Origin: Candidatus Tenebribacter burtonii
GTDB taxonomy: Bacteria; Cloacimonadota; Cloacimonadia; Cloacimonadales; TCS61
Direction of reading: 5' to 3'
DNA: 64,000 nt
Assembly: GCA_030765625.1 (NCBI GenBank)
Contig: JAVCCF010000037.1
Coordinates: 1,716 to 65,715, forward strand
The translations under genes and the position numbers were made by a program. Under the pieces are notes generated by a model. The model made no database searches. It saw only the letters and a program-made list of their open reading frames with translations, and was not told the origin of the DNA. Positions 47,007 through 55,874 of the stretch are shown here, one piece after another (positions within the stretch are counted from its first letter, which is position 1; each line of letters starts with the position of its first letter).

Positions 47007-48828
47007 AGTATTAGCCGAAGAAGTTGCAAATAGGATAGCAGCAGGAGAAGTAATTGAAAGACCGGTTTCTGTAGTTAAAGAACTGGTAGAAAATTCAATT
47101 GATGCCGGTGCAACACAAATTACAGTACATATTGAAAGCGGTGGCAAGAAACTAATGCGCGTGATAGATAACGGAAGAGGAATGAGCGAAGATGACGCCT
47201 TACAGGCTTTCGAGCGTCATTCAACCAGCAAGATTGAAACAGTCACGGATATTTTTAACATATCAACACTCGGCTTTAGAGGAGAAGCTCTTCCAAGTAT
47301 TGCTTCGGTAAGTCAACTCATTCTTATAACTAAGGATGCAGAAAGCGATACTGCTTCCAGGGTTGAATTTAGAAGTGGGAAGCTTACAGATTTTTCCAAA
47401 ACTTCTGCAAATAGCGGAACTACAATTGCTGTAAGAAATTTATTCAGCAATGTACCAGCAAGAAGAAAGTTTTTAAAATCTGATCCAATTGAATTTAAAC
47501 ATATTCTCAATTATTTACATTATCAATCCATTTTATATCCGCAAATTCATTTCCGCTTTTTAGTGGATGGAAAAGAAAAGCTCAATTATCCAGCAGTTGA
47601 TGAAATGAATACACGATTAGCTACTGTATTCGGAAGTGATTTTCTTAAACGAGACCTGATAGAAGTATCTGCAAAAGGGAATGAAATTGAACTATCAGGT
47701 TATATAGGTGGATTAAATGAAGAGAAAGAAGGTTTTGCCGATTACAGATACCTTTTTGTAAATGGAAGGTATATTCGCGATAAAATTGTTTTACACAGTT
47801 TAAAAGCGGCATATGGTCCATTCATAAAGAAATTACGAACATTTCAGCAAGGCAAGACACCACCATATATTTTGTTCTTGAACGTTGACCCCCAGCAGGT
47901 TGATTTTAATGTTCATCCTGCAAAATTAGAAATTAGATTCAGAGAACCTGGCAAAGTTCATACGTTTATAAAATTAACAATTGAGAAATTACTCCTACAA
48001 TATGAAAATGATAAATTTAAACAGATAAAGAATATAATGAGTTCCGCTTATCAAAGCGGCAGAACGACCAGTGTTGAATCTAGGATCTTTTCTAACAAGA
48101 TGGAGAAAAAACGATTCAATCAGGTTAAAAAGGAATTGAAAGAGATATATCAACCTGATCTGTTTAGAAAAAAGACCGATGATGAAATCCAAATTGAAAA
48201 GAATTTTGCTAACAATAAAACTGATATGTTCCTTCGCCCGGAAGAAGATATTATAAATCCTTGGCAACTACATCAAAGTTATATTTTTGTGCAAGTAGAA
48301 GAAGGACTCATGATCATTGATCAGCATGCTGCACATGAGCGAATAATATATGAAAAGATATTACACAGAATTCATGGAACTCCTGCTCAAACTCAGAAAT
48401 TGCTGTTTCCAATAGTGATAGATCTTCCACCACATCTCAGCAATACTATTCCAGAATTGATTTCGGGAAATATTGAAATATTTAATAAAATTGGATTTTC
48501 CATCAGAACTTTTAGTGGAGATTCTATTGTTATTGATGAGATTCCGATAGAGCTTGAAGACTGGGATGGCGGAGATATATTTATCGATATTATAAAGCAA
48601 TTAGAAGATGAATTTGAACAAACCGAAGATTTCAGGGATAGTTTATCAAAATCCGTATCCTGCAAAGCAGCTATTAAAGCCGGCAGAAAAATGAACAGAA
48701 AGGAGATGTTGGCACTAATTAATGACCTTTTCGCTTGCGAGGTTCCATATTTTTGCCCACACGGCAGACCGCTTATCATCAAGATGACAATGCCGGAGTT
48801 TGAGAAAAAATTCAAAAGAATAATATGA
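46993..48828 (+). CDS. mutL: DNA mismatch repair protein MutL
   Basis: GHKL ATPase N-terminus VANRIAAGEVIERPVSVVKELVENSIDAG. C-terminal dimerisation domain with DQHAAHERI and CPHGRP. Confidence 0.95.
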   Translation: MGRIKVLAEEVANRIAAGEVIERPVSVVKELVENSIDAGATQITVHIESGGKKLMRVIDNGRGMSEDDALQAFERHSTSKIETVTDIFNISTLGFRGEALPSIASVSQLILITKDAESDTASRVEFRSGKLTDFSKTSANSGTTIAVRNLFSNVPARRKFLKSDPIEFKHILNYLHYQSILYPQIHFRFLVDGKEKLNYPAVDEMNTRLATVFGSDFLKRDLIEVSAKGNEIELSGYIGGLNEEKEGFADYRYLFVNGRYIRDKIVLHSLKAAYGPFIKKLRTFQQGKTPPYILFLNVDPQQVDFNVHPAKLEIRFREPGKVHTFIKLTIEKLLLQYENDKFKQIKNIMSSAYQSGRTTSVESRIFSNKMEKKRFNQVKKELKEIYQPDLFRKKTDDEIQIEKNFANNKTDMFLRPEEDIINPWQLHQSYIFVQVEEGLMIIDQHAAHERIIYEKILHRIHGTPAQTQKLLFPIVIDLPPHLSNTIPELISGNIEIFNKIGFSIRTFSGDSIVIDEIPIELEDWDGGDIFIDIIKQLEDEFEQTEDFRDSLSKSVSCKAAIKAGRKMNRKEMLALINDLFACEVPYFCPHGRPLIIKMTMPEFEKKFKRII

Positions 48829-49769
48829 TCCAAAAGCAATATAATAAAATTCCTCTTATCATCATTCAGGGAGCAACTGCTGTGGGGAAGAGTGAATTTG
48901 CCATTAAGATTGCAAAAGAATTTAATTCTTCAATTATTTCAGCTGACTCAAGGCAAGTTTACAAATATATGAATACCGGTACTGCAAAACCTACTTTAAA
49001 AGAGCAAAGTAATATTAAACATCACCTCATTGATATTGTAAAACCTGATCAAGAATACAATGCAGGAACTTTCTCTGAAGATGCAGATAAATTAATAAAA
49101 CAAATCTCATCACAAAATAAAATCCACATAATTTGTGGAGGTACGGGTTTTTACATAAAAGCTCTTTTAGAAGGTTTATTCAAAGCTCCTGAAATTCCTA
49201 TTGAAATAAGACAATATCTGCGAAAAAATGTAGAAATAAAAGGTACAGAATTTTTTTATAATCAACTTAAGAAAATTGATCCTGAATCTGCTGAAAGAAT
49301 TAATCAAAACGACGCAAACCGGATTATTCGTGCTTTGGAGATATATGAAACCACTGGGAAAACTATAACACAATTATGGGAAGAAGACATCAGCAGACGG
49401 AGGAACTTCAAAACTGTAAATATAATATTAAAAGAAGATCGGGAAATACTTTATGCTAAAATAAACAATCGAGTTGATAAAATGATAGATAACGGCTTAC
49501 TGAATGAAATGGAAGTACTTATTGAGAAAGGATATAAAAGAACTGATCCCGGTATGAATACAGTGGGTTATAAAGAACTGTTTCCATTTTTAGATGGTGT
49601 ACATAAATTGGCAGAATGCATAGTCAAAGTTAAGCAAAACACACGAAATTTCGCAAAGCGTCAGATAACATGGTATAGAAAAATTGATTTTGATTTGACA
49701 TTAGATAGTAAAAACATTATCTTTTCAAATGTCTTTAAAGAAATAATGAGTAAATTACAGGAGAAATGA
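48825..49769 (+). CDS. miaA: tRNA dimethylallyltransferase
   Basis: P-loop GATAVGKS, SADSRQVYKYMNTGTAKP. ATGA overlap with mutL. Confidence 0.9.
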   Translation: MIQKQYNKIPLIIIQGATAVGKSEFAIKIAKEFNSSIISADSRQVYKYMNTGTAKPTLKEQSNIKHHLIDIVKPDQEYNAGTFSEDADKLIKQISSQNKIHIICGGTGFYIKALLEGLFKAPEIPIEIRQYLRKNVEIKGTEFFYNQLKKIDPESAERINQNDANRIIRALEIYETTGKTITQLWEEDISRRRNFKTVNIILKEDREILYAKINNRVDKMIDNGLLNEMEVLIEKGYKRTDPGMNTVGYKELFPFLDGVHKLAECIVKVKQNTRNFAKRQITWYRKIDFDLTLDSKNIIFSNVFKEIMSKLQEK

Positions 49770-50620
49770 TGATCATTGCAAAGGTAAATGCTTACGAAAT
49801 TAAATTTCATGAATATAAAGCAGAATTGAATGAGGTACTTAAAATTATGCATCTTGAGGAACCTAATAGTGAAGCAAAGAAAAGAGCAATCGAACAACTC
49901 ATTGATGGTAATTTACTTCTTGATTCAGCAAAAAAATCTAACATTGAGATTTCAGAAGATGATATTGAAAATGAATTAGTTGAGTTCAAATTAAAATTTA
50001 AATCTGAAAATGATTTTAATAACATGCTAAATAAAGAAAAAATTGAAATAGAAACCATAAAAAATAGAATTAGAAACAATTTATTAATAACAAAATATGT
50101 TAAAATTAATTTTTCATTTGAGACGGATATTTCATTAGAAAAACTTCAAGAAATATATAAAGAAAATATAGATTCATTTAAAACCTATGAGATGGTTAAA
50201 GCTTCTCACATACTCATTAAGGGCACAGAGAAAGAAAGCTTTTCAAAGGCTCAAGACTTATATAAAAAGATAAAAAATAAAGAAGATTTTGACAAAATTG
50301 CAATTGAATGTTCTGAATGCCCAAGTAATTGTCAACATGGTGATCTCGGTTATTTTACTAAGGGTAAGATGGTAAAAGAATTCGAAGAAGTTGCTTTCAA
50401 TTTAAACCAGTATGAATTTAGTAAACCTGTAAAAACAAAATTTGGGTATCACATCATTATGAATACAGGCAGAAAAGAAAGTGTTGTAGCGGGTTTTGAT
50501 GAAGTTAAAGATGCATTAAAAGACAGACTAAAGCGTATTGATTCGGAATTAAAACTTATAAAACATCTCAAAGGATTACGCAGTAAGGCAAATATTGTGA
50601 TCAACCACAAAGAACTATAA
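49766..50620 (+). CDS. parvulin-type peptidyl-prolyl isomerase (SurA/PrsA-like)
   Basis: Parvulin core ASHILIK...GDLGYFTKGKMVKEFEEVAF...KTKFGYHII. No obvious signal peptide. Confidence 0.8.
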   Translation: MMIIAKVNAYEIKFHEYKAELNEVLKIMHLEEPNSEAKKRAIEQLIDGNLLLDSAKKSNIEISEDDIENELVEFKLKFKSENDFNNMLNKEKIEIETIKNRIRNNLLITKYVKINFSFETDISLEKLQEIYKENIDSFKTYEMVKASHILIKGTEKESFSKAQDLYKKIKNKEDFDKIAIECSECPSNCQHGDLGYFTKGKMVKEFEEVAFNLNQYEFSKPVKTKFGYHIIMNTGRKESVVAGFDEVKDALKDRLKRIDSELKLIKHLKGLRSKANIVINHKEL

Positions 50621-50641
50621 CATGTTATCAGGAGATAAAAA

Positions 50642-51346
50642 ATGGCATTATTAGGTGTGAATATAGATCATATAGCAACACTCCGAGAAGCAAGAAAAGG
50701 AATAGAACCGGAACCGGTTTATGCTGCAAGTATAGCTGAACAAAATGGAGCAGACCAGATTACTATTCACTTGCGAGAAGATAGAAGACACATCCAAGAT
50801 CGTGACCTGCAGCTACTCAGACAGACAATTCAAACAAAATTTAACCTAGAAATGGCACCAACAATTGAAATGGTAAAAATAGCTTCTGAGATTAAACCTG
50901 ATACAGTTACACTTGTTCCAGAGAAGAGGGAAGAACTTACAACAGAAGGTGGCTTGAATTTAACTGAAAATCACAGGGATGTTATTTCTTCATTAAAAAA
51001 AGCTGGAATTGAAGTTAGTGTCTTTATAGAACCAATTTTGAAGATGATACAAGTAGCTAAAGATCTTGGTGCAGATACAGTTGAGATACATACTGGAAGA
51101 TATGCTAACTTGGAGAATGATGGAGATATTCAAGCTGAAGTAGATAAAATATATAAAGCTGCAATTTTAACTAAAAAGCTTGGGATGAGAGCGGTAGCAG
51201 GGCATGGATTGAATTACCACAATACACAAAAGCTTGTTGAACTAGATATTTTTGAGGAATTCAATATTGGACATAGTATTATTTCTCGTGCTGTATTCTC
51301 CGGTCTTGCAGAAGCTATCCTTACAATGAAATTAATTGTTGAATAA
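50642..51346 (+). CDS. pdxJ: pyridoxine 5'-phosphate synthase
   Basis: LGVNIDHIATLREAR...HLREDRRHI...GHGLNY. Confidence 0.95.
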   Translation: MALLGVNIDHIATLREARKGIEPEPVYAASIAEQNGADQITIHLREDRRHIQDRDLQLLRQTIQTKFNLEMAPTIEMVKIASEIKPDTVTLVPEKREELTTEGGLNLTENHRDVISSLKKAGIEVSVFIEPILKMIQVAKDLGADTVEIHTGRYANLENDGDIQAEVDKIYKAAILTKKLGMRAVAGHGLNYHNTQKLVELDIFEEFNIGHSIISRAVFSGLAEAILTMKLIVE

Positions 51347-51480
51347 AAACAAAGTAACGCCAAGAATTAATCCTGAAAATATTCTGTACTTGTTAAGGAA
51401 AATAATTTCTTCATTTGATTAGATTCTCGTTTTCACGGGAATGGCAAATAGAGAAATTAACCTAGATTATATATAATTCT

Positions 51481-52818
51481 TTAAGATTCTATTCTTTCTG
51501 TCCATGTTAGCTTATATACTTCATCAGGTTTAAGTTCTTTTTCAAATTCTATTTGCGTTGCACTTTTCTTTTTAAAAGGTAAACTATTTTTCATAATTGT
51601 CCAATCACCATATAAATTATGAAGGACTGTAATGGTTTTTGTTTTTCCCGATCTGTTTTTCAAAGTTACTTTCATATCGCGTTCAACTATCCTGTTAGAT
51701 ATCTTTCTTCGTTCCATTGTGATGGTTTCAGCAACCAGATCAAAAGCATTTCCTGTTGTAAGGAGGATCTCTTCATCTTTTGCAGTGTGATCAAGAGCAT
51801 CTTCACCAATGAATTCTAATTCGTTATCTGCATCATCTTTTTTGTAAATTTTTACCACACCTTTTGGTAATGGAATTCCTAAACCATCTTTTTTAGAATT
51901 GATAAACTTTATTTTACTTTGAATATTTGTAGAACCTGTGACGTATTCGTATTTTGATTCTGCATTAACTATTTTTGTAGGAAATAGTCGAAGTTGTTTA
52001 GTTTGATTATTATTGATGTTAACATTTTCACTTAGAGTGTACATGTGAAAATCATGAAATGCCTTTTCTGCAAAATCGGGAGTACCAACGTCAGTTGTTT
52101 CCACTGCATATTTTGCGTAAGAACGCTGGTCGAATTGTTTCTTTATCTTCTGTACATCACCGGCAATAAGCTTGAGTTTCGTGTCTATGAAGGCTTTACC
52201 TGTTTTATTGATTATAGTAACCCAGCTATTGATCTCAAGTTTGCCAGTGTCTTCATTCCAAACAGTATTATAGGTAACATCCCATTTCATACCAGTACAA
52301 ATATAAGAAAAATCAATTGGGAATTTTCCTTCTTTTGGAACATTCAATCGCCAATGAAGAGTTGGCTTTAAGAAAAAATTTTTAGGAAGTTTTGCCAGGC
52401 TGATATTTCTAATTTCATCTCTTTGTATAAGGATGAGCTTGTCTGTATTATTCTCAATTATTCCAATTGTAGAACTGTCATTAAATTGTAATGTACCAAT
52501 GAACTTAACATCATCTTCAGCAATTATCTCAATATCTTTTCCAATGTATTTTTCCAGTATTTTGGAAGTATTTGCCAGATCGTATTCATAATTCTGCGAA
52601 AAGATCTCAATATTACCCTTGAGTGGTTTGATGATAACCGAATTTGCCTCTATTGTTGACGGGATATCATCCATAAAATAGCTTTGAATTCCCTTCGACA
52701 GTGTAAGGTCTATCGAAGAACGAACCAGCGAGAAATTCTCATTGTAAATTGTTACCTGATCCTTTGCATTGAGACATGTAATCATAAATACGATTAAAAT
52801 AAATATTTTAAATTTCAT
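51481..52818 (-). CDS. secreted DUF4139-like protein (function unknown)
   Basis: Signal peptide. VTIYNENFSLVR... N-terminus and length are typical of DUF4139/DUF4140 proteins (recall-based). Confidence 0.55.
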   Translation of the reverse strand: MKFKIFILIVFMITCLNAKDQVTIYNENFSLVRSSIDLTLSKGIQSYFMDDIPSTIEANSVIIKPLKGNIEIFSQNYEYDLANTSKILEKYIGKDIEIIAEDDVKFIGTLQFNDSSTIGIIENNTDKLILIQRDEIRNISLAKLPKNFFLKPTLHWRLNVPKEGKFPIDFSYICTGMKWDVTYNTVWNEDTGKLEINSWVTIINKTGKAFIDTKLKLIAGDVQKIKKQFDQRSYAKYAVETTDVGTPDFAEKAFHDFHMYTLSENVNINNNQTKQLRLFPTKIVNAESKYEYVTGSTNIQSKIKFINSKKDGLGIPLPKGVVKIYKKDDADNELEFIGEDALDHTAKDEEILLTTGNAFDLVAETITMERRKISNRIVERDMKVTLKNRSGKTKTITVLHNLYGDWTIMKNSLPFKKKSATQIEFEKELKPDEVYKLTWTERIES

Positions 52819-52834
52819 TTTTCCTCCTTAAAAT

Positions 52835-53449
52835 TTAATCTATGATCTGCTTTATTTTAGATACGATCATATCGATACCAATCTTGTTTTGACCACCTTC
52901 AGGAATAATAACATGAGCATATTTCTTACTAGGTTCAACAAACTCAATGTGCATTGGTCTAACAGTAGAAAGATATTGATCTACTACAGATTGGAAATCT
53001 CTTCCGCGTTCACTTATATCACGCTGGATCCTTCTTAATATTCTTATATCTGCATTAGTATCTACAAATATTTTTATATCCATCATGTTACGTAATTCCA
53101 CATTTTCAAAGATTAGAATTCCTTCGATGATGATAAGTTTCGTAGGAATTTTGGTTATTGTTTTTTTAATTCTTGTATGTGTCTTAAAATCGTAAAACGG
53201 CATTTGAATTATCTGATTATTCTTTAATTGATGAAGTTGCTGTATTAGAAGCTCATTATCGAAAGTATCAGGATGATCAAAATTTATTTTGTTTCTTTCC
53301 TCAGGTGGAAGATGCCCAAAATTTTTATAATAACTATCCTGAGGGATCGTTGTGATCTTATCCTTAACTTGTCTTTGTATTGCATCTGTGATGGTACTCT
53401 TGCCGGAACCTGTACCACCGCAAATTCCAATTATTACAGGAGATTTCAT
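52835..53449 (-). CDS. udk: uridine kinase
   Basis: P-loop IGICGGTGSGKSTI. 204 aa. Confidence 0.9.
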   Translation of the reverse strand: MKSPVIIGICGGTGSGKSTITDAIQRQVKDKITTIPQDSYYKNFGHLPPEERNKINFDHPDTFDNELLIQQLHQLKNNQIIQMPFYDFKTHTRIKKTITKIPTKLIIIEGILIFENVELRNMMDIKIFVDTNADIRILRRIQRDISERGRDFQSVVDQYLSTVRPMHIEFVEPSKKYAHVIIPEGGQNKIGIDMIVSKIKQIID

Positions 53450-53473
53450 TATTTATTGCTCCTTATTCTTAAC

Positions 53474-54037
53474 TTACTTTGCCTTATAAATTGCCACATT
53501 AAGTCCTGAATCTATATTCAATGTTACACTATCAAAAAGATCACTGCTTTCAATGTAGTCAAGATATTCCTTAACTGTATCTTTATGTGAGATGACATTA
53601 TCTGCAACTATTATTGCGTTATTGTTTAATTTATTAATCAGTATCTTAATGTAATCAATGTAATTGATCTTTCCGGCATCAATGAAAACAAAATCAAATT
53701 TATCGGTCAGTTCGGGAATTATCAATTCAGCTTTTCCAAAACGTTGGATGATATTCTTTCTGTTAACAAGATTTTTCTTAGCTAGCTTAAATCTGTCTTC
53801 ATCTACCTCGATAGTATCTACAACAGCATCACAAGATTCTGCAGCAATAGATAACCAAAAAGTAGAAAATCCGTTTGATGTTCCGATCTCCAAAATATGT
53901 TCAGGTGCCTTTATTTTTACGAAAGTATAAAGCAATTCTGCAGTTTCCTGATGTATATTCCATAATCGATGGATATTATTTCTTTGAATATCGAATCTTG
54001 CTAATTCATGTTTATATTTTTCTTTTATTCTTTCCAT
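53474..54037 (-). CDS. class I SAM-dependent O-methyltransferase (family 3, YrrM/CCoAOMT-like)
   Basis: ILEIGTSNGFSTFWL (SAM motif I), FDFVFIDAGK, VADNV. Confidence 0.8.
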   Translation of the reverse strand: MERIKEKYKHELARFDIQRNNIHRLWNIHQETAELLYTFVKIKAPEHILEIGTSNGFSTFWLSIAAESCDAVVDTIEVDEDRFKLAKKNLVNRKNIIQRFGKAELIIPELTDKFDFVFIDAGKINYIDYIKILINKLNNNAIIVADNVISHKDTVKEYLDYIESSDLFDSVTLNIDSGLNVAIYKAK

Positions 54038-55119
54038 TTATATTTCCCAAACGTTCCCTTAAGTCCAAATATAATAAAATATGGAATGTAGATCAACTCA
54101 GCAATTGGGAAAATCCACATTAATTTTAATCTCTTCATTTTAACTAAAAACAATGTTAATAATAGAAATTCTGGAATTATCTTTAAAAATAAAATAATTA
54201 CAAATAAAGTTGTTGAAATATAAGCAAACGTAAATCCCATAAAACATCCGACAAAAACTAAATAATAAACAAATATAAATAATGTCATCATTTTTACAGG
54301 TATTGTATAATTATACCATTTGGATCCACGTCTTGTTTCCTGTTGGATCTGTGACCCTGTAGTTTCATCTCTACCAGTATTAACAATAGAATCAGGATGG
54401 AACATGAATTTCATTCTGCGAGCAATTTTTCCCATTTTTTGTATCATTAAAACGTCATCACCAGATTTGATCAAACCTATATCGTTAAATCCGTTAACTT
54501 TATCATACAGTTCTTTCCGATAAGCCATATTCCCGGCAGTTATTGTAACTCCCCAGTTCCATCCGAAACTTCCTGCAATAACAGCAAAAATAGATGATCG
54601 TTCCAAATTCTTCAGGAACTTGAAAAAAGGATTTTTGTAATATATATAAGAATATCCTGCAACAATATCGGTATCATCAGTAAAATGATTATTAATTTGC
54701 AAGAGCCAGTTATTCGTTGGAACGCAATCAGAATCCGTGAATGCAAGTATATTATGCTTTGCTGCTCGAATTCCTTTGTCCAGAGCTCCTTTCTTTCCTA
54801 AGAGGACTTTAGACTCATTCTTAACTTGAAGAAGCATTATATTACTGTTTTTAGATTTGTACTTATTCACAATATTAGACGTATTATCTTCAGACCGGTC
54901 ATCAACTATAATTATTTCATAATTTTCTTTTGGAAAATTCTGAGAAATTAAAGAATTAAGAAGATTGTAAATATGCTTCTCTTCGTTTCTGGCTGCTATT
55001 ATAACAGATATCTTATTTATCTTCGCATTCTTTGAATTATTTAAAAACAAAATTCCAATGAAAAAAGAGAATATAATCATGAAGTACAAAATTGCGAAGA
55101 TATAAATAGTAAATTCCAT
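54025..55119 (-). CDS. membrane-embedded family-2 glycosyltransferase with processive-type signature
   Basis: N-terminal TM. VIIAARNEE, VDDRSED, TDSDC (DxD), GDDVLM, QQETRRGSKW (QxxRW-like). Three or four C-terminal TM helices. Confidence 0.8.
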   Translation of the reverse strand: MEFTIYIFAILYFMIIFSFFIGILFLNNSKNAKINKISVIIAARNEEKHIYNLLNSLISQNFPKENYEIIIVDDRSEDNTSNIVNKYKSKNSNIMLLQVKNESKVLLGKKGALDKGIRAAKHNILAFTDSDCVPTNNWLLQINNHFTDDTDIVAGYSYIYYKNPFFKFLKNLERSSIFAVIAGSFGWNWGVTITAGNMAYRKELYDKVNGFNDIGLIKSGDDVLMIQKMGKIARRMKFMFHPDSIVNTGRDETTGSQIQQETRRGSKWYNYTIPVKMMTLFIFVYYLVFVGCFMGFTFAYISTTLFVIILFLKIIPEFLLLTLFLVKMKRLKLMWIFPIAELIYIPYFIIFGLKGTFGKYKWKE

Positions 55120-55238
55120 AAATTCCTTAATTCACAGTTGTTATTGCAAAAACCTTGACCGTGAACCCTTTTAAAATAATTTTCTATTTCAAAAATTGAA
55201 ATATTAATTTTTTAGTCAATGATATTGGAGAGAAATAA

Positions 55239-55874
55239 ATGGCATTAATACCAAAGTTCATCTATAAAGTAAAGATCAAAATGAAGCTGGTTGCACTTAC
55301 ATTCGATGATGGACCACATCCCCTGTTCACAAATGAATTGCTTGATCTATTTAAAGAAAATGGCATTAAAGCCACATTCTTTGTTACAGGTAAGAATATA
55401 GTAAAACACAAAAAGATAGTTAGAAGAATGATCAAAGAAGGACATGAACTTGGTAATCATTCATATTCACATTGGAATTTAATATTTAAGAAAAAGAGCA
55501 TGATAAGAGAAGAAATAGAAAAAACAGACAGGTTGTTACGTGAGCTTGGTGTAAAAGATGATATCCATTTCCGACCACCATTTGGTAGGTTTTTATTTGC
55601 AGCATTATCAATTCTGGCTTCTTTGAATAAAAAGATAATTATGTGGAATGTTCCAACAAAAGATTATAAAGAGAACGATCCAAAAGTGATCCTAAAAAGA
55701 ATTTATAAACGTATCAAGCCTGGATCAATAATAGTGTTGCATGATTCTGGAATAGAAAGATCTGGAAAGAAAATTGATAGACAAGCTACTATTGATGCTG
55801 TGAAAATGCTTATTGACGAATTGCCTAAAAGAGGTTACGAATTCAGAACTGTGTCAGAGTTAATTAATAATTGA
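55239..55874 (+). CDS. polysaccharide deacetylase (CE4, NodB homology domain)
   Basis: LTFDDGPHP, ATFFV, HELGNHSYSH, RPPFG, LHD. Confidence 0.85.
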   Translation: MALIPKFIYKVKIKMKLVALTFDDGPHPLFTNELLDLFKENGIKATFFVTGKNIVKHKKIVRRMIKEGHELGNHSYSHWNLIFKKKSMIREEIEKTDRLLRELGVKDDIHFRPPFGRFLFAALSILASLNKKIIMWNVPTKDYKENDPKVILKRIYKRIKPGSIIVLHDSGIERSGKKIDRQATIDAVKMLIDELPKRGYEFRTVSELINN

